Shown here: positions 9,468-19,078 of the stretch, piece by piece
How the letters are laid out: each line of letters opens with the position of its first letter
Position numbering within the stretch: the first letter of the stretch is position 1
Assembly (NCBI GenBank): GCA_965198885.1
Contig: OZ240677.1
Span: 2,538,085-2,602,084, forward strand
From: an uncultured Granulicella sp.
Lineage (GTDB): Bacteria > Acidobacteriota > Terriglobia > Terriglobales > Acidobacteriaceae
Reading direction: 5' to 3'
Length of the DNA stretch: 64,000 bases
The notes under the pieces: generated by a model
What the model was told of the DNA's origin: nothing
Seen by the model: the letters and a program-made list of their open reading frames with translations, nothing else
The model's database searches: none
Translations under genes and position numbers: made by a program

Positions 9468-10856
9468 ATGGTGCGACGTGCCGCCAATAATCTGGTCGAC
9501 GGGCAGCCACAGACGTTGCCCCTTTCCAGCTTGATGGTACCTCTCCTCTTTTTCGGTTACCTCCTCAGTTATGGCGATCGCGTTGTCTTCGGGCTCGTAC
9601 TCAAGCCGATTGAGGCCACGTTACACCTCTCTGATGCAGAGGCCGGTTTGCTTTCGGGATTTGCTTTTGCGGTGACCTATGCACTTGCCAGCCCGCTCGC
9701 CGGCTATCTCGTGGATCGCACTTCGCGGAAGGCGATCTTCCTCTTTGCGGTCTTTTTCTGGAGTGCCGCGACCTTCTCCTGCGGCTTGGCAACGACCAAA
9801 CTTGCTATGGGGATCGGCCGCGGCGCCGTAGGCGTCGGGGAAGCGCTGATGGTGCCGCTCGCCGTCTCCATCATTGGGGATACCGTGGCCGCTGCTCGAC
9901 GCGCACGGTCCGTTGCCTTCTTTTTCACGGGCGGTCCGATCGGCAGTTTAAGCGTCCTTCTTCTCGGCGGTTTGCTGCTCAAACATCTCGGCGGTCGTCC
10001 CCTGTCAGTGCCCGTCCTCGGCACGATACAGCCGTGGCAAACCTTATTTCTTCTACTTGCGGGCCCAGGGCTGGTGCTGTTTCTCGTGATTCTCCTTGGG
10101 ATGGAAGACCCCACGCGTTCAGTCGACCAACTGCAGGAGGCGAAGGCGGGAGAACTTGGGGCGACCGTGAGGTTCCTACGAGGGCACCCAGTGCTCAGCT
10201 CAGCGCTCTTCGTCGGTTATCCGCTGATACAGGTGCCAGGCGTAGCCGTGGCCGCGTGGGCGTTCATCTACTTCGATCGGGTTTATGGAATGCCGCTTGA
10301 AGAGGCGGCGGTGGCGTTTAGCTTTACCGCCGGCATCACAAGCATCTTCGGGTGCCTGCTGAGCGGACGGCTCGTACTCCTGCTTCGGAGACGCGGGTAC
10401 ATTGACGCTTCGCTGCGCGCCTGCTTGATAGGCGGTATCCTCTTCGCCGCCTTTGCAGTCCTCGGTTTACTTGCGCCCAGTCCCCGAGGCGCTCTGGCAT
10501 TCTTCAGCGTGGCATTCTTCTTTTCCTATGTTCCTACTGTCGGTGCGTACAGCGCTATCAGCGAGATCGCACCACCCACGATCCGAGCCCGCGTTACCGG
10601 ACTGAATGCCCTTACCGCTGGTATTGTCGCCACATCACTGGGACCCTACATGGTCGGTGCCCTCTCCGATCATCTTTTCCCAGACAGCAAGCTAGGTATT
10701 CGCTGGGCCATTCTGACTACATTGGTATTTTCTGTGTTCGGCGGATTTGCGCTGCTCCTTCCAGGCCTGAAAGCACTGCGCAGCCGGATCGATGCTATGA
10801 GGCAGTCCTCAGAGGTAGATCAAACAATCAGCTCACATCTCCCGTCCACGCTGTAG
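9468..10856 (+). CDS. MFS transporter (spinster/organic-acid type)
   Basis: About 12 TM segments; LSYGDRVVFG; MFS motif A-like GYLVDRTSRK; GRGAVGVGEA. Confidence 0.9.
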   Translation: MVRRAANNLVDGQPQTLPLSSLMVPLLFFGYLLSYGDRVVFGLVLKPIEATLHLSDAEAGLLSGFAFAVTYALASPLAGYLVDRTSRKAIFLFAVFFWSAATFSCGLATTKLAMGIGRGAVGVGEALMVPLAVSIIGDTVAAARRARSVAFFFTGGPIGSLSVLLLGGLLLKHLGGRPLSVPVLGTIQPWQTLFLLLAGPGLVLFLVILLGMEDPTRSVDQLQEAKAGELGATVRFLRGHPVLSSALFVGYPLIQVPGVAVAAWAFIYFDRVYGMPLEEAAVAFSFTAGITSIFGCLLSGRLVLLLRRRGYIDASLRACLIGGILFAAFAVLGLLAPSPRGALAFFSVAFFFSYVPTVGAYSAISEIAPPTIRARVTGLNALTAGIVATSLGPYMVGALSDHLFPDSKLGIRWAILTTLVFSVFGGFALLLPGLKALRSRIDAMRQSSEVDQTISSHLPSTL

Positions 10857-10857
10857 C

Positions 10858-11919
10858 TCAAAGCGGCTCATTGAGCCTTAGATCGGAAGCCTGAGCCTTC
10901 CTCCCATCGAAGTGGTCTGCCAACATCTCGGGCGTAACGTCTTCCAGCTTTGCTGGAGACCACTTCGGATTTTGATCTTTATCTACGATCGCAGCTCGAA
11001 TACCTTCCACCATGTCGTGACCTCTCGCGCACGCCTGAGCCAGAAGGAATTCCTGCCTGAAAGAGACGGCAAGATTTCCGGCAACCCGAGCGTCCCGGAT
11101 CGCCTGTAAGGTGAGCTTGAGCGATGTTGGAGACATCTTCATCAGCTCTTCAACACATGCCTGTGCCTCAGCGTTTGGATGCTGAAGCAGGGCTCCCATG
11201 ATCTCTTCCATAGTCGATGCAGCAAAGCACTCATCGATCCACGCACGATGCACCTGTGACAGGCCCGGAGGTGCCTGCGCTGCGTAATCATGCAAACACT
11301 GCTCCATCGCAGTCGTAGTCGGGCAGGCTTCAAGGTCCAACGTTAGGCGAGGCAGGTCCTCGGCGCGAACCATGATGTTGGCCAAGCCGCAAAGGATTGC
11401 GTCTGCCGCACCTATCCGGCTGCCGGTCAGGCCCAAGTAAGTGCCGATCTCGCCGGGCGCGGCGCCGAGGAGATGGGTGCCGCCAACATCCGGAATGAAG
11501 CCGATGGCGGTCTCAGGCATGGCGAGCAGCGAGCGCTCCGTCACGACGCGGTGAGAACCGTGACTCGAAATGCCGATACCACCGCCCATCACGATACCGT
11601 CCATCATGACCACATAAGGCTTCGTATAACGTGAGATGTAGTAATTGAGCTGGTACTCGTTACGAAGGAAGTCGATGGCCAATTCTCGCTGGCCGGTGAC
11701 GATGGCATGATACATCGCGCGGATGTCGCCACCCGCACAGAGTCCGCGATCGCCCGCGCCGTCGACCAGCACGAACTGAACTTGAGCATCTTGAGCCCAT
11801 TCCCGAAGGGCCGTGTGCATCGCGTTCACCATAGTAGCGCTCAATGCGTTTATGGCGCGCGGGCGGTTGAGCGTGATTCTGCCGCAAGCGCCAGACACAC
11901 GTATCAAAATATCGCTCAT
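10858..11919 (-). CDS. 3-hydroxyisobutyryl-CoA hydrolase-like crotonase-family protein
   Basis: ITLNRPRAINALS, LCAGGDIRA, GIVMGGGIGIS, AMPETAIGFIPDVG, EGIRAAIVDKDQNPKW. Confidence 0.9.
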   Translation of the reverse strand: MSDILIRVSGACGRITLNRPRAINALSATMVNAMHTALREWAQDAQVQFVLVDGAGDRGLCAGGDIRAMYHAIVTGQRELAIDFLRNEYQLNYYISRYTKPYVVMMDGIVMGGGIGISSHGSHRVVTERSLLAMPETAIGFIPDVGGTHLLGAAPGEIGTYLGLTGSRIGAADAILCGLANIMVRAEDLPRLTLDLEACPTTTAMEQCLHDYAAQAPPGLSQVHRAWIDECFAASTMEEIMGALLQHPNAEAQACVEELMKMSPTSLKLTLQAIRDARVAGNLAVSFRQEFLLAQACARGHDMVEGIRAAIVDKDQNPKWSPAKLEDVTPEMLADHFDGRKAQASDLRLNEPL

Positions 11920-11941
11920 TTTTCACCCTTGGTTTAAAGGT

Positions 11942-13090
11942 TCAGGCAATCTCATGCGATTGTTCGAGGACGACGACCTGCCGAATGGCTTCTCCACTCG
12001 CCAGCCGATCAAAGCCGTGGTTGAGGTCTTCCAGTTGCAAACGATGAGTCAGGAGGCGGTCGACCGGGAGCAGCCCGGCACGATAGAGCGCGATGAAACG
12101 AGGCAAGTCGCGCGATGGCACCGAAGATCCCATATAGGATCCCTTGATGGTGCGTTCTTCTCCGACCAGACTGACCGCAGGGATACTCAACCGTTTGTCG
12201 GGAGCGGGCAAGCCGATGCTCACTGTCGTTCCGCCACGACGAGTTGCGGCGTAGGCCTGAGCAAGCACCGCTTCGTTCCCTACCGATTCGAATGCGAACT
12301 GAACACCTCCACGCGTGAAATCCCGCAGAGCTTCGACGAGATTTGTCGACCGCGCATCGATCGTATGGTGCGCTCCCAAAGCTAGCGCCAGCGACAACCG
12401 ATCCGCATTTACATCGACGGCGACGATCGGATAGGCACCCGAGCAGCGAGCCCCGAGCAGCGCCGCAAGACCCACGCCTCCAAGGCCAAAGATGGCGACA
12501 CTTTCCCCGGGTGCCACCTTCGCTGTGTTGACGACCGCACCAACCCCCGTCAGAACCGCGCAACCGAACAGCGCCGCAACCTCTGGGGAGAGTTCGCAGT
12601 CGATCTTGACGACCGACCGCGCCGAGGCCACCACATATTCGGCGAAGGCCGAGACACCGAGGTGATGCCTCAGAACATTATCTTTCGCGTCCGTCCACCG
12701 CCGCCCTCCCCTCAGCAGTTCTCCGGCAGCGTTGGCTGCGGCTCCTAACTCGCAGAGCGCTGGTCTGCCAATCTCGCATGGCTCGCATTGGCCACACATG
12801 GGTACAAACGCAAAGACCACATGATCGCCCACTTGCAAGTCCTCTACCCCCTCGCCAAGCTCCACGACTTCGCCGGCAGCTTCGTGGCCCAGCACCATCG
12901 GCAAAGGACGCGGCCGGGTTCCGTTGATGACTGACAGATCGGAATGGCAGAGACCCGCAGCGAGGATCCGCACCAGCAGTTCTCCGCGTTGGGGAGAACC
13001 TAGGTTCACCGTCTCAATAACCAGCGGTTGCGATGCCGCATAGGGCGGTGTCAGTCCGCTTTCGCGCAGGACCGCTGCTCTCACTTTCAT
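11942..13090 (-). CDS. Zinc-dependent alcohol dehydrogenase (MDR, class III-like)
   Basis: GLCHSDL, GHEAAG, structural Zn CGQCEPCEIGRPALC, FGCAVLTGVG, GLGGVG. Confidence 0.93.
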   Translation of the reverse strand: MKVRAAVLRESGLTPPYAASQPLVIETVNLGSPQRGELLVRILAAGLCHSDLSVINGTRPRPLPMVLGHEAAGEVVELGEGVEDLQVGDHVVFAFVPMCGQCEPCEIGRPALCELGAAANAAGELLRGGRRWTDAKDNVLRHHLGVSAFAEYVVASARSVVKIDCELSPEVAALFGCAVLTGVGAVVNTAKVAPGESVAIFGLGGVGLAALLGARCSGAYPIVAVDVNADRLSLALALGAHHTIDARSTNLVEALRDFTRGGVQFAFESVGNEAVLAQAYAATRRGGTTVSIGLPAPDKRLSIPAVSLVGEERTIKGSYMGSSVPSRDLPRFIALYRAGLLPVDRLLTHRLQLEDLNHGFDRLASGEAIRQVVVLEQSHEIA

Positions 13091-13518
13091 AACTGCACCC
13101 CTAGCCGCAATCTTTCAAGGGAGCTGCGCAAGATGGGCGACAGCTCAGCGGGGCGGCGACTCGCGCGATCGACAAAGACGTGTACAAACCATCCCTCTGC
13201 CACCGCCTCTACGCTTCCCTCGCGGAACAAGCCAATACCATAGCGGACGCTGCTTTTTCCCAGGTGTTCGACCCTTATCCCTGCTTCTATAATCTCGGGA
13301 AACGCAAGCTCGGCCAGAAATTTGCAATGCGATTCCGCACAAACGCCGATCGAAGCGCCTGCGTGAATGTCAAGTCCTCCACGCTCGATCAGGTACAGGT
13401 TGATGGACGTATCGAAGTAGCTGTAGTACTCGATATTGTTGACGTGCCCATAGAGATCATTGTCACGCCAGCGCGTCGCAATCGACACGAAGTGCTTGTA
13501 TTCCTTACGTTCTGCCAT
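13087..13518 (-). CDS. Acyl-CoA thioesterase (4HBT/hotdog family)
   Basis: RWRDNDLYGHVNNIEYYSYFD; start moved to ATG 13518 (MAERKEY) because the longer ORF runs antisense into the HMG-CoA reductase gene. Confidence 0.9.
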   Translation of the reverse strand: MAERKEYKHFVSIATRWRDNDLYGHVNNIEYYSYFDTSINLYLIERGGLDIHAGASIGVCAESHCKFLAELAFPEIIEAGIRVEHLGKSSVRYGIGLFREGSVEAVAEGWFVHVFVDRASRRPAELSPILRSSLERLRLGVQL

Positions 13519-13578
13519 CTCATCGATCCCTGGGGTACAAACATCGGAGGTCTTCCCTGCATGGTACGCTAACAGGCG

Positions 13579-14766
13579 ATGAAGACGAGCAATCTGGAAC
13601 GGACGCCAATTCCGCGCGACATGAACAATGACTACACGCACGAAGCCGCGGCTCGTCGGCGTGCATTCGTGGAGGATCGTACAGGCTGCCACCTTGAGCA
13701 TGTGGCGCAATACTCCTTCGCGCCTGACTTGCTGCCCGGGAATATCGAGAATTTTACCGGTATAGCGCAGGTGCCGCTCGGCATCGCAGGTCCTCTGCGC
13801 ATTCTGGGCGAGCATGCACGGGGTGACTTTTATATCCCGATGGCCACGACTGAAGGTACGCTCGTAGCCAGCTACAACCGAGGCATGCGGGTTCTAGCAG
13901 AGTGCGGCGGGGTCAAGGCAACTGTCGTCAAGCACAGCATGCAGCGTTCGCCGGTCTTCGAGCTCAACGACGCACTGCAGGCTCGCTCCTTAGGTGAGTG
14001 GATCGACTCCCATCTGCACGACATCAGGCAGGTCGCCGAAGCAACCACCTCTGCCGGCAAGCTTATCGAAATAGGCCGTTATGTTCTAGGACCGCTCCTC
14101 TATCTACGCTTCAACTACACCACCGGTGACGCAGCCGGGCAGAACATGGTCGGAAAGGCAACGCTTGCAGCGTGCCAGTGGATTCAGCAAAATCATCCCA
14201 CAAGTCCCCATTTCGTTCTCTCTGGTAACATCGACACCGATAAAAAGCACTCGCAGATGAACACCATTGAGACCCGCGGCAAACGCGTGGTTGCCGAGAT
14301 GACCGTCTCCAGCGAGATTCTGAAGCGCATCCTGGGCGTAGATGCGGTGACTCTGTTTCACGTTCGTCAGATCTCCCAAGCCGGCGCCTTCATGACGGGA
14401 TCCTCCAACAATGGAGCTCATTCCGCGAACGGGCTTACAGCGCTGTTCATCGCCACTGGTCAGGATGTCGCCAACATCGCTGAATCGCAGGCTGCCATCG
14501 TGTATGCGCAACTGCTCGCCAATGGGGATTACTACTGGTCCATTACGATCCCGTCTCTCGTCGTCGCCACGTATGGCGGAGGCACAGGATTGGCTACGCA
14601 GCGCGAATGCCTAAACCTGCTGGGCTGCTATGGCGAAGGACGAGCGAACAAGTTCGCAGAGATCTGTGCCGCCACCGTACTTGCGGGGGAGATTTCACTT
14701 TCGAGTGCGATCGTCCGCGGGGATTGGGTTTCCAGCCATGACCGGCTCGGGCGCAACCGCCCATAA
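13579..14766 (+). CDS. Class I 3-hydroxy-3-methylglutaryl-CoA reductase (catalytic domain only)
   Basis: ENFTG, PMATTEGTLVAS (catalytic Glu), GDAAGQNM, SGNIDTDKK (catalytic Lys), ATGQDVAN (Asp), ATYGGGTG, LAGEISL, C-terminal SHDRLG (His). Confidence 0.93.
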   Translation: MKTSNLERTPIPRDMNNDYTHEAAARRRAFVEDRTGCHLEHVAQYSFAPDLLPGNIENFTGIAQVPLGIAGPLRILGEHARGDFYIPMATTEGTLVASYNRGMRVLAECGGVKATVVKHSMQRSPVFELNDALQARSLGEWIDSHLHDIRQVAEATTSAGKLIEIGRYVLGPLLYLRFNYTTGDAAGQNMVGKATLAACQWIQQNHPTSPHFVLSGNIDTDKKHSQMNTIETRGKRVVAEMTVSSEILKRILGVDAVTLFHVRQISQAGAFMTGSSNNGAHSANGLTALFIATGQDVANIAESQAAIVYAQLLANGDYYWSITIPSLVVATYGGGTGLATQRECLNLLGCYGEGRANKFAEICAATVLAGEISLSSAIVRGDWVSSHDRLGRNRP

Positions 14767-14922
14767 CAAGCGCAATTACTTCCTGCACTGAAGCCCATTG
14801 CCGTTCGTTGCTGGAATCTGCTAGCATCCTCCGCGTTCCGTATTTTTCAAGTTTGGACTTGAGAAATGGCAGGGATCAGCCAATCCGCACCAGAGTCACT
14901 GGCGCTGGCAAAGGGAGAAACT

Positions 14923-16386
14923 ATGGCACTGTTGGAAGCGGAAGAGATAACCACGGCTTTGGCGGGCACCGAAGATGCGGAAGCAATTCGCAAAATGCAA
15001 TCAGCATTCCAGGCACAACGCCGGGGCTTCGCTGCGGATAGGCTGCCAACGTTTGACGACCGCCGTGGACGGATCGAGCAGATCATCACCATGATGGAAG
15101 CAAATAAGGAAGCTATCTACGCAGCGCTTAGTGCGGACTTTGGCGCACACTCTAGTGCCGCCGCCGATACCTTCGAAGTTATGCCCGTCACGGCGCGCGC
15201 CCGATTTGCCATCGCTCATCTAGAAGAGTGGATGCGGCCTGTTGCGCGCGAGGTCGACCCAGCCTATCAGGGCGCTCTGCGTGCCTTTGTTAAAAGCCAG
15301 CCTAAGGGTGTTGTCGGCAATATCGCCCCGTGGAACTTCCCGTTCGAGATCGGCATTGGGCCGATGGTTGACATCATCGCGGCCGGTAATCGCTTCATGC
15401 TGAAACCGTCTGAATATACACCTGCATGCTCGGCTCTCATGCAACAGATGGTGTCCGAGCACTTCGCAGAAGACCTCGCCTACGTTGCAGTCGGGGGCCT
15501 GGAACTCGCACGCGCCTTTAGCGCTCTGCCCTTCGATCATCTGCTCTATACGGGAAGTTCGAATGTAGGCAAAGAAATCATGGCGGCTGCCGCCCAGAAC
15601 CTCACCCCGGTAACACTCGAACTTGGCGGTAAATGCCCAGCGGTGTTCCTGCCCGGCAGTGTCACTCCTGACCTGGTCAATATGGTGGTAGGGGTCAAGA
15701 GCGTCAAAAACGGGCAAATGTGTGTCTCAGTCGATCATTGTTTTGTGCCACGAGGAGAGCTTGATAACTTTGCGCGGATGGCTACCGAGTTCATGACTGC
15801 GGCTATGCCCGGGTATGCGCGGTCGCAGGCTTGCACCGGTATCATCTCGGACCGGCACCTTGACCGTATCGGCGAAATGCTCGCGGAGGCGGAAGCGCGA
15901 GACGTGCGGATTGTGACGCTCGAGAAGGATGGCCAAGTGGATCGGCAGAGCCGCCAAATGCCGCTCTCATTGGTGCTGGATCCGCCTCAGGATTTACGAA
16001 TGATGAAGGAGGAGATCTTTGGGCCCATCATTCCAGTCATCCCTTACGACGAGCTCGATGAAGTCATTGAGCGCATCAATGACAGCGATCGTCCGTTAGG
16101 CGTCTACGTGATGGGGAACGACGTGCCGATGGTTGACCACGTGCTTAGCGAGACTATCTCAGGCGGCGCAGCAGTCAATGCGGCGGCCATCCAGGCTGGG
16201 TTGAAGGATTTGGGGTTCGGCGGCGTCGGCATGAGCGGCATGGGGCGCCATCACGGTCTTGACGGCTTCCGTGAATTTTCAAACCAGCGCGGCGTCGTCG
16301 TACGGGGAGAAGGACCGCACTTTGATGCATTTGTCTCGAGTGGCCAACATGCGGCGGAGTTGGTCGGCCAAGTTCCCAGTGGTTAG
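14923..16386 (+). CDS. Aldehyde dehydrogenase, coniferyl-aldehyde dehydrogenase (CalB)-like
   Basis: APWNFP, KPSEYTP, LELGGKCP, catalytic GQMCVS, EEIFGP; start at 14923 follows an AGGGAG RBS (alternative start 14866). Confidence 0.88.
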   Translation: MALLEAEEITTALAGTEDAEAIRKMQSAFQAQRRGFAADRLPTFDDRRGRIEQIITMMEANKEAIYAALSADFGAHSSAAADTFEVMPVTARARFAIAHLEEWMRPVAREVDPAYQGALRAFVKSQPKGVVGNIAPWNFPFEIGIGPMVDIIAAGNRFMLKPSEYTPACSALMQQMVSEHFAEDLAYVAVGGLELARAFSALPFDHLLYTGSSNVGKEIMAAAAQNLTPVTLELGGKCPAVFLPGSVTPDLVNMVVGVKSVKNGQMCVSVDHCFVPRGELDNFARMATEFMTAAMPGYARSQACTGIISDRHLDRIGEMLAEAEARDVRIVTLEKDGQVDRQSRQMPLSLVLDPPQDLRMMKEEIFGPIIPVIPYDELDEVIERINDSDRPLGVYVMGNDVPMVDHVLSETISGGAAVNAAAIQAGLKDLGFGGVGMSGMGRHHGLDGFREFSNQRGVVVRGEGPHFDAFVSSGQHAAELVGQVPSG

Positions 16387-16471
16387 ACGCTTTCCGAATT
16401 GAGCAACGAAAGAATTGATAGGCAGGAGTCGATCGTCAATCTGATCTGCTCCTGCCTTCCTTTCTTCAGCT

Positions 16472-17248
16472 TTAAGACTGACCAGCCAGACGGCCGAGGA
16501 TCTCCGTCCGAAAGCCGGCCAGACGGCCCCCGTCGACGATGATAGTTTGCCCTGTGATGTAACGACTCTCATCACTGACGAGGAAGTGATACACCCCTAC
16601 CAGATCGTCGATCTCCGCAATACGGCCTAGGGCTGAGAGGTTCTTCGCTAGTGCGTTGAGGATGTGGGTGGGTGGGAGCATTGGCGTCTTCACCGGACCC
16701 GGCGCTACGGCGTTGCAGCGAATGCCGCGCCGACCGAGCTCCACTGCCGATGTCTTCGCCAAGCTGATCGTGGCCGCCTTCGTCGCGCTGTAATCGAAGA
16801 AACCTTCATTTTGCTGAAGACCGGCGACGGAAGCCGTCAAAACGATCGAGCCGCCGTCCTGCATATGGGATGGCCCATACTTTAAGATGTAGTACGTTCC
16901 GTAGAAGTTTAGATTCACGACACCATCCAGCACCTCCTCGTCGGAGTCCGTGATGTGCTTTCCATTTCCCGGCTTACCCGCATTGTGGATGATCGCGTTG
17001 AGTTTGCCGATGGCCATCTCCGCCTGATCGAATGCCTCAATCACTTGCTCGCGCTCGCTCACATCGACCTTGCGGTAGATGCCTCCAGCATCTAGAACGG
17101 ATTGAGGAGGTGGATTCAGGTCCGCCACCACGACGCGGGCACCCTCCTGTAGACAGCGCTGCACGGTGCCCAGCCCAATGCCTGAAGCGCCCCCGGTTAT
17201 AAAGATCGACTTGTCACGAAGACTGAAATGCGCTGACGTTTCCACCAT
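16472..17248 (-). CDS. Short-chain dehydrogenase/reductase (SDR)
   Basis: TGGASGIG, HNAG, YSATK (YxxxK), NAVAPG, YITGQTIIVDGG; start at 17248 after AGGGAG. Confidence 0.93.
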   Translation of the reverse strand: MVETSAHFSLRDKSIFITGGASGIGLGTVQRCLQEGARVVVADLNPPPQSVLDAGGIYRKVDVSEREQVIEAFDQAEMAIGKLNAIIHNAGKPGNGKHITDSDEEVLDGVVNLNFYGTYYILKYGPSHMQDGGSIVLTASVAGLQQNEGFFDYSATKAATISLAKTSAVELGRRGIRCNAVAPGPVKTPMLPPTHILNALAKNLSALGRIAEIDDLVGVYHFLVSDESRYITGQTIIVDGGRLAGFRTEILGRLAGQS

Positions 17249-17298
17249 ATCTCTCCCTTTGGAATGTTCGTAACAATCTCCAATGATGATTCGCCGTT

Positions 17299-19008
17299 CT
17301 AGTAATTCGGCAGACCGCTGAAGGCGGTAACCGGCGGCATGGCATTCGGGTCGGCAATGATGTCGAGAAGCACCGAACCCTCCGCCGCCATCGCCTCTTG
17401 GATTGCTCCTGCAATATCCTGAGCGCGCTCGACGCGAATGCCCTTCACGCCACAAGCCTCCGCGATTGCCGCATGATCGACCGAAACGAAATCGCAAACA
17501 TTGGTATGGCGTCCAAGCCCGGCATCTTCGGCGTGCTTTTGGTAGCCGAGAACACCGTTATTCATCACGGCTACCACGACCTTGATGCCGTGGCGCCGAG
17601 TAGTCTCAAGTTCCGACCAGACATGCCCAAACCCACCGTCGCCGACGACGCACACTACCGGCCTTTCAGGGCTGCCAAGCCGCGCTCCCATTGCCATCGG
17701 AAAGCCCCAGCCCAGCCCAGCCTGGCCTCGTGGCGTGATGAAGCGGCGGTTGAACTTGGCGGATAGGTAATTGGCTACCCAAATGGACGAAAAGCTCGCA
17801 TCCGCCACGATGATGTGATCTCTGGATAGCTGCTTTTCAAGTTCGACAATGAAGCGTTCTGGACGAATCGGCGATGCATCCGATTGCGTCACGCCGGCAA
17901 TCTCTTCGTAATGACTGGCCCGCGCCGCTGCGATGGCCTCCTCAACCCCCGCACGCGCAGCCTCCCGCTTGCTTAGATCCTGACCAGCCAGAGCAGCGTT
18001 CAACGCAGCCAGAGTCACCTTGGCGTCGCCTTGCAGCCGAAATGCCTCATAGTTTCGGCCGATCTCCATGGGGTCAACGTCGAGATGGATGTATGTCGCG
18101 TCTTTCGGCAGTAGCTTCCAGGAATCTGTCCCGTTTTGGTTGGTGCGGTTGCCAATAAGCAGAATCAGGTCGGCGTTGGTGATCATCGGCTTGACGAACT
18201 TCGCCATACCGCGCGTCGCCATGTAGTAGCCGATAACACCCATCGACAAAGGATGCGTCTCATCGACGCCGCCTTTCCCCATTGTGGTGGTAGCTACCGG
18301 CAAGTGTGCAATTTCCTGTAATTCCCGCAACTCCTTATGCGCTCCCGACCCGATTACACCTCCGCCTGCGTAAACCATCGGCGCTCTGGAATGAGCGAGC
18401 ATCTCTGCCGCACGTGCAATTGAGCTCTGCTCCGGCTGGTTGCGGTCCAGCGGATAAGTGCCCAACTTCGCCATGCGCGTCGACGCAGGGCGCTCTTCCG
18501 CTTGCATGAGCAACTCCATCGAAACCAGGAGCACCGCTGGGCCGGAGCGCCCGCTCGCGGCGGCCGTAAATGCCATATCCACATAGTCTTCGATCCGATC
18601 GGCGGTGGTGACCCGACGAATCCACTTGGCTACGCCTTTGAACAGGTCCAATTGGTCCAGCTCCTGAAAGGCGTTCCGATCCTGGGTTCCGGGGCCGACA
18701 TCCTGTACAAGCGCCACGATGGGAACGGATGCGGACAAGCACTCCGCCAGCCCCGCCACCAGCAATGTAGCGGCAGGACCGTTCTGTGCGGTGACGACCG
18801 GGACCTTGCCGCTCACACGCGCGTAACCGTCTGCCATGTAAGTACCGGCGTTCTCCTGGCGGTAGCCAATCTGGCGAATGCCGAGATCGTCCGCCGCGAG
18901 AGTAATGCCCGGCGGATTACTTTGCCCAAACAAGTACTCAACCCCATGCCGCTTCAGCGCGTGGGCAAATCTTTGCGGAGGCCGCATCATCCATTGTGTT
19001 TCGCTCAT
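17299..19008 (-). CDS. Thiamine diphosphate-dependent enzyme (acetolactate synthase-like family, function unassigned)
   Basis: RQENAGTYMADGYARV (ThDP Glu), QNGPAAT, GLGWGFPMAMGA, ThDP motif GDGGFG...VMNN. Confidence 0.9.
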   Translation of the reverse strand: MSETQWMMRPPQRFAHALKRHGVEYLFGQSNPPGITLAADDLGIRQIGYRQENAGTYMADGYARVSGKVPVVTAQNGPAATLLVAGLAECLSASVPIVALVQDVGPGTQDRNAFQELDQLDLFKGVAKWIRRVTTADRIEDYVDMAFTAAASGRSGPAVLLVSMELLMQAEERPASTRMAKLGTYPLDRNQPEQSSIARAAEMLAHSRAPMVYAGGGVIGSGAHKELRELQEIAHLPVATTTMGKGGVDETHPLSMGVIGYYMATRGMAKFVKPMITNADLILLIGNRTNQNGTDSWKLLPKDATYIHLDVDPMEIGRNYEAFRLQGDAKVTLAALNAALAGQDLSKREAARAGVEEAIAAARASHYEEIAGVTQSDASPIRPERFIVELEKQLSRDHIIVADASFSSIWVANYLSAKFNRRFITPRGQAGLGWGFPMAMGARLGSPERPVVCVVGDGGFGHVWSELETTRRHGIKVVVAVMNNGVLGYQKHAEDAGLGRHTNVCDFVSVDHAAIAEACGVKGIRVERAQDIAGAIQEAMAAEGSVLLDIIADPNAMPPVTAFSGLPNY

Positions 19009-19078
19009 TGTTCAACCTTCCAGTTAGAAACCGTACAGCGTTGATGTTGAGGGGCTACGAGCCGACGATGCTTCACGC

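Noticed and set aside
13579-14766. Mevalonate/terpenoid biosynthetic gene cluster
   Set aside because: No HMG-CoA synthase, mevalonate kinases, decarboxylase, IPP isomerase or prenyltransferase in the window
17299-19008. Housekeeping ilvB/ilvI
   Set aside because: No regulatory small subunit or ilvC/ilvD neighbours; it sits in a catabolic operon
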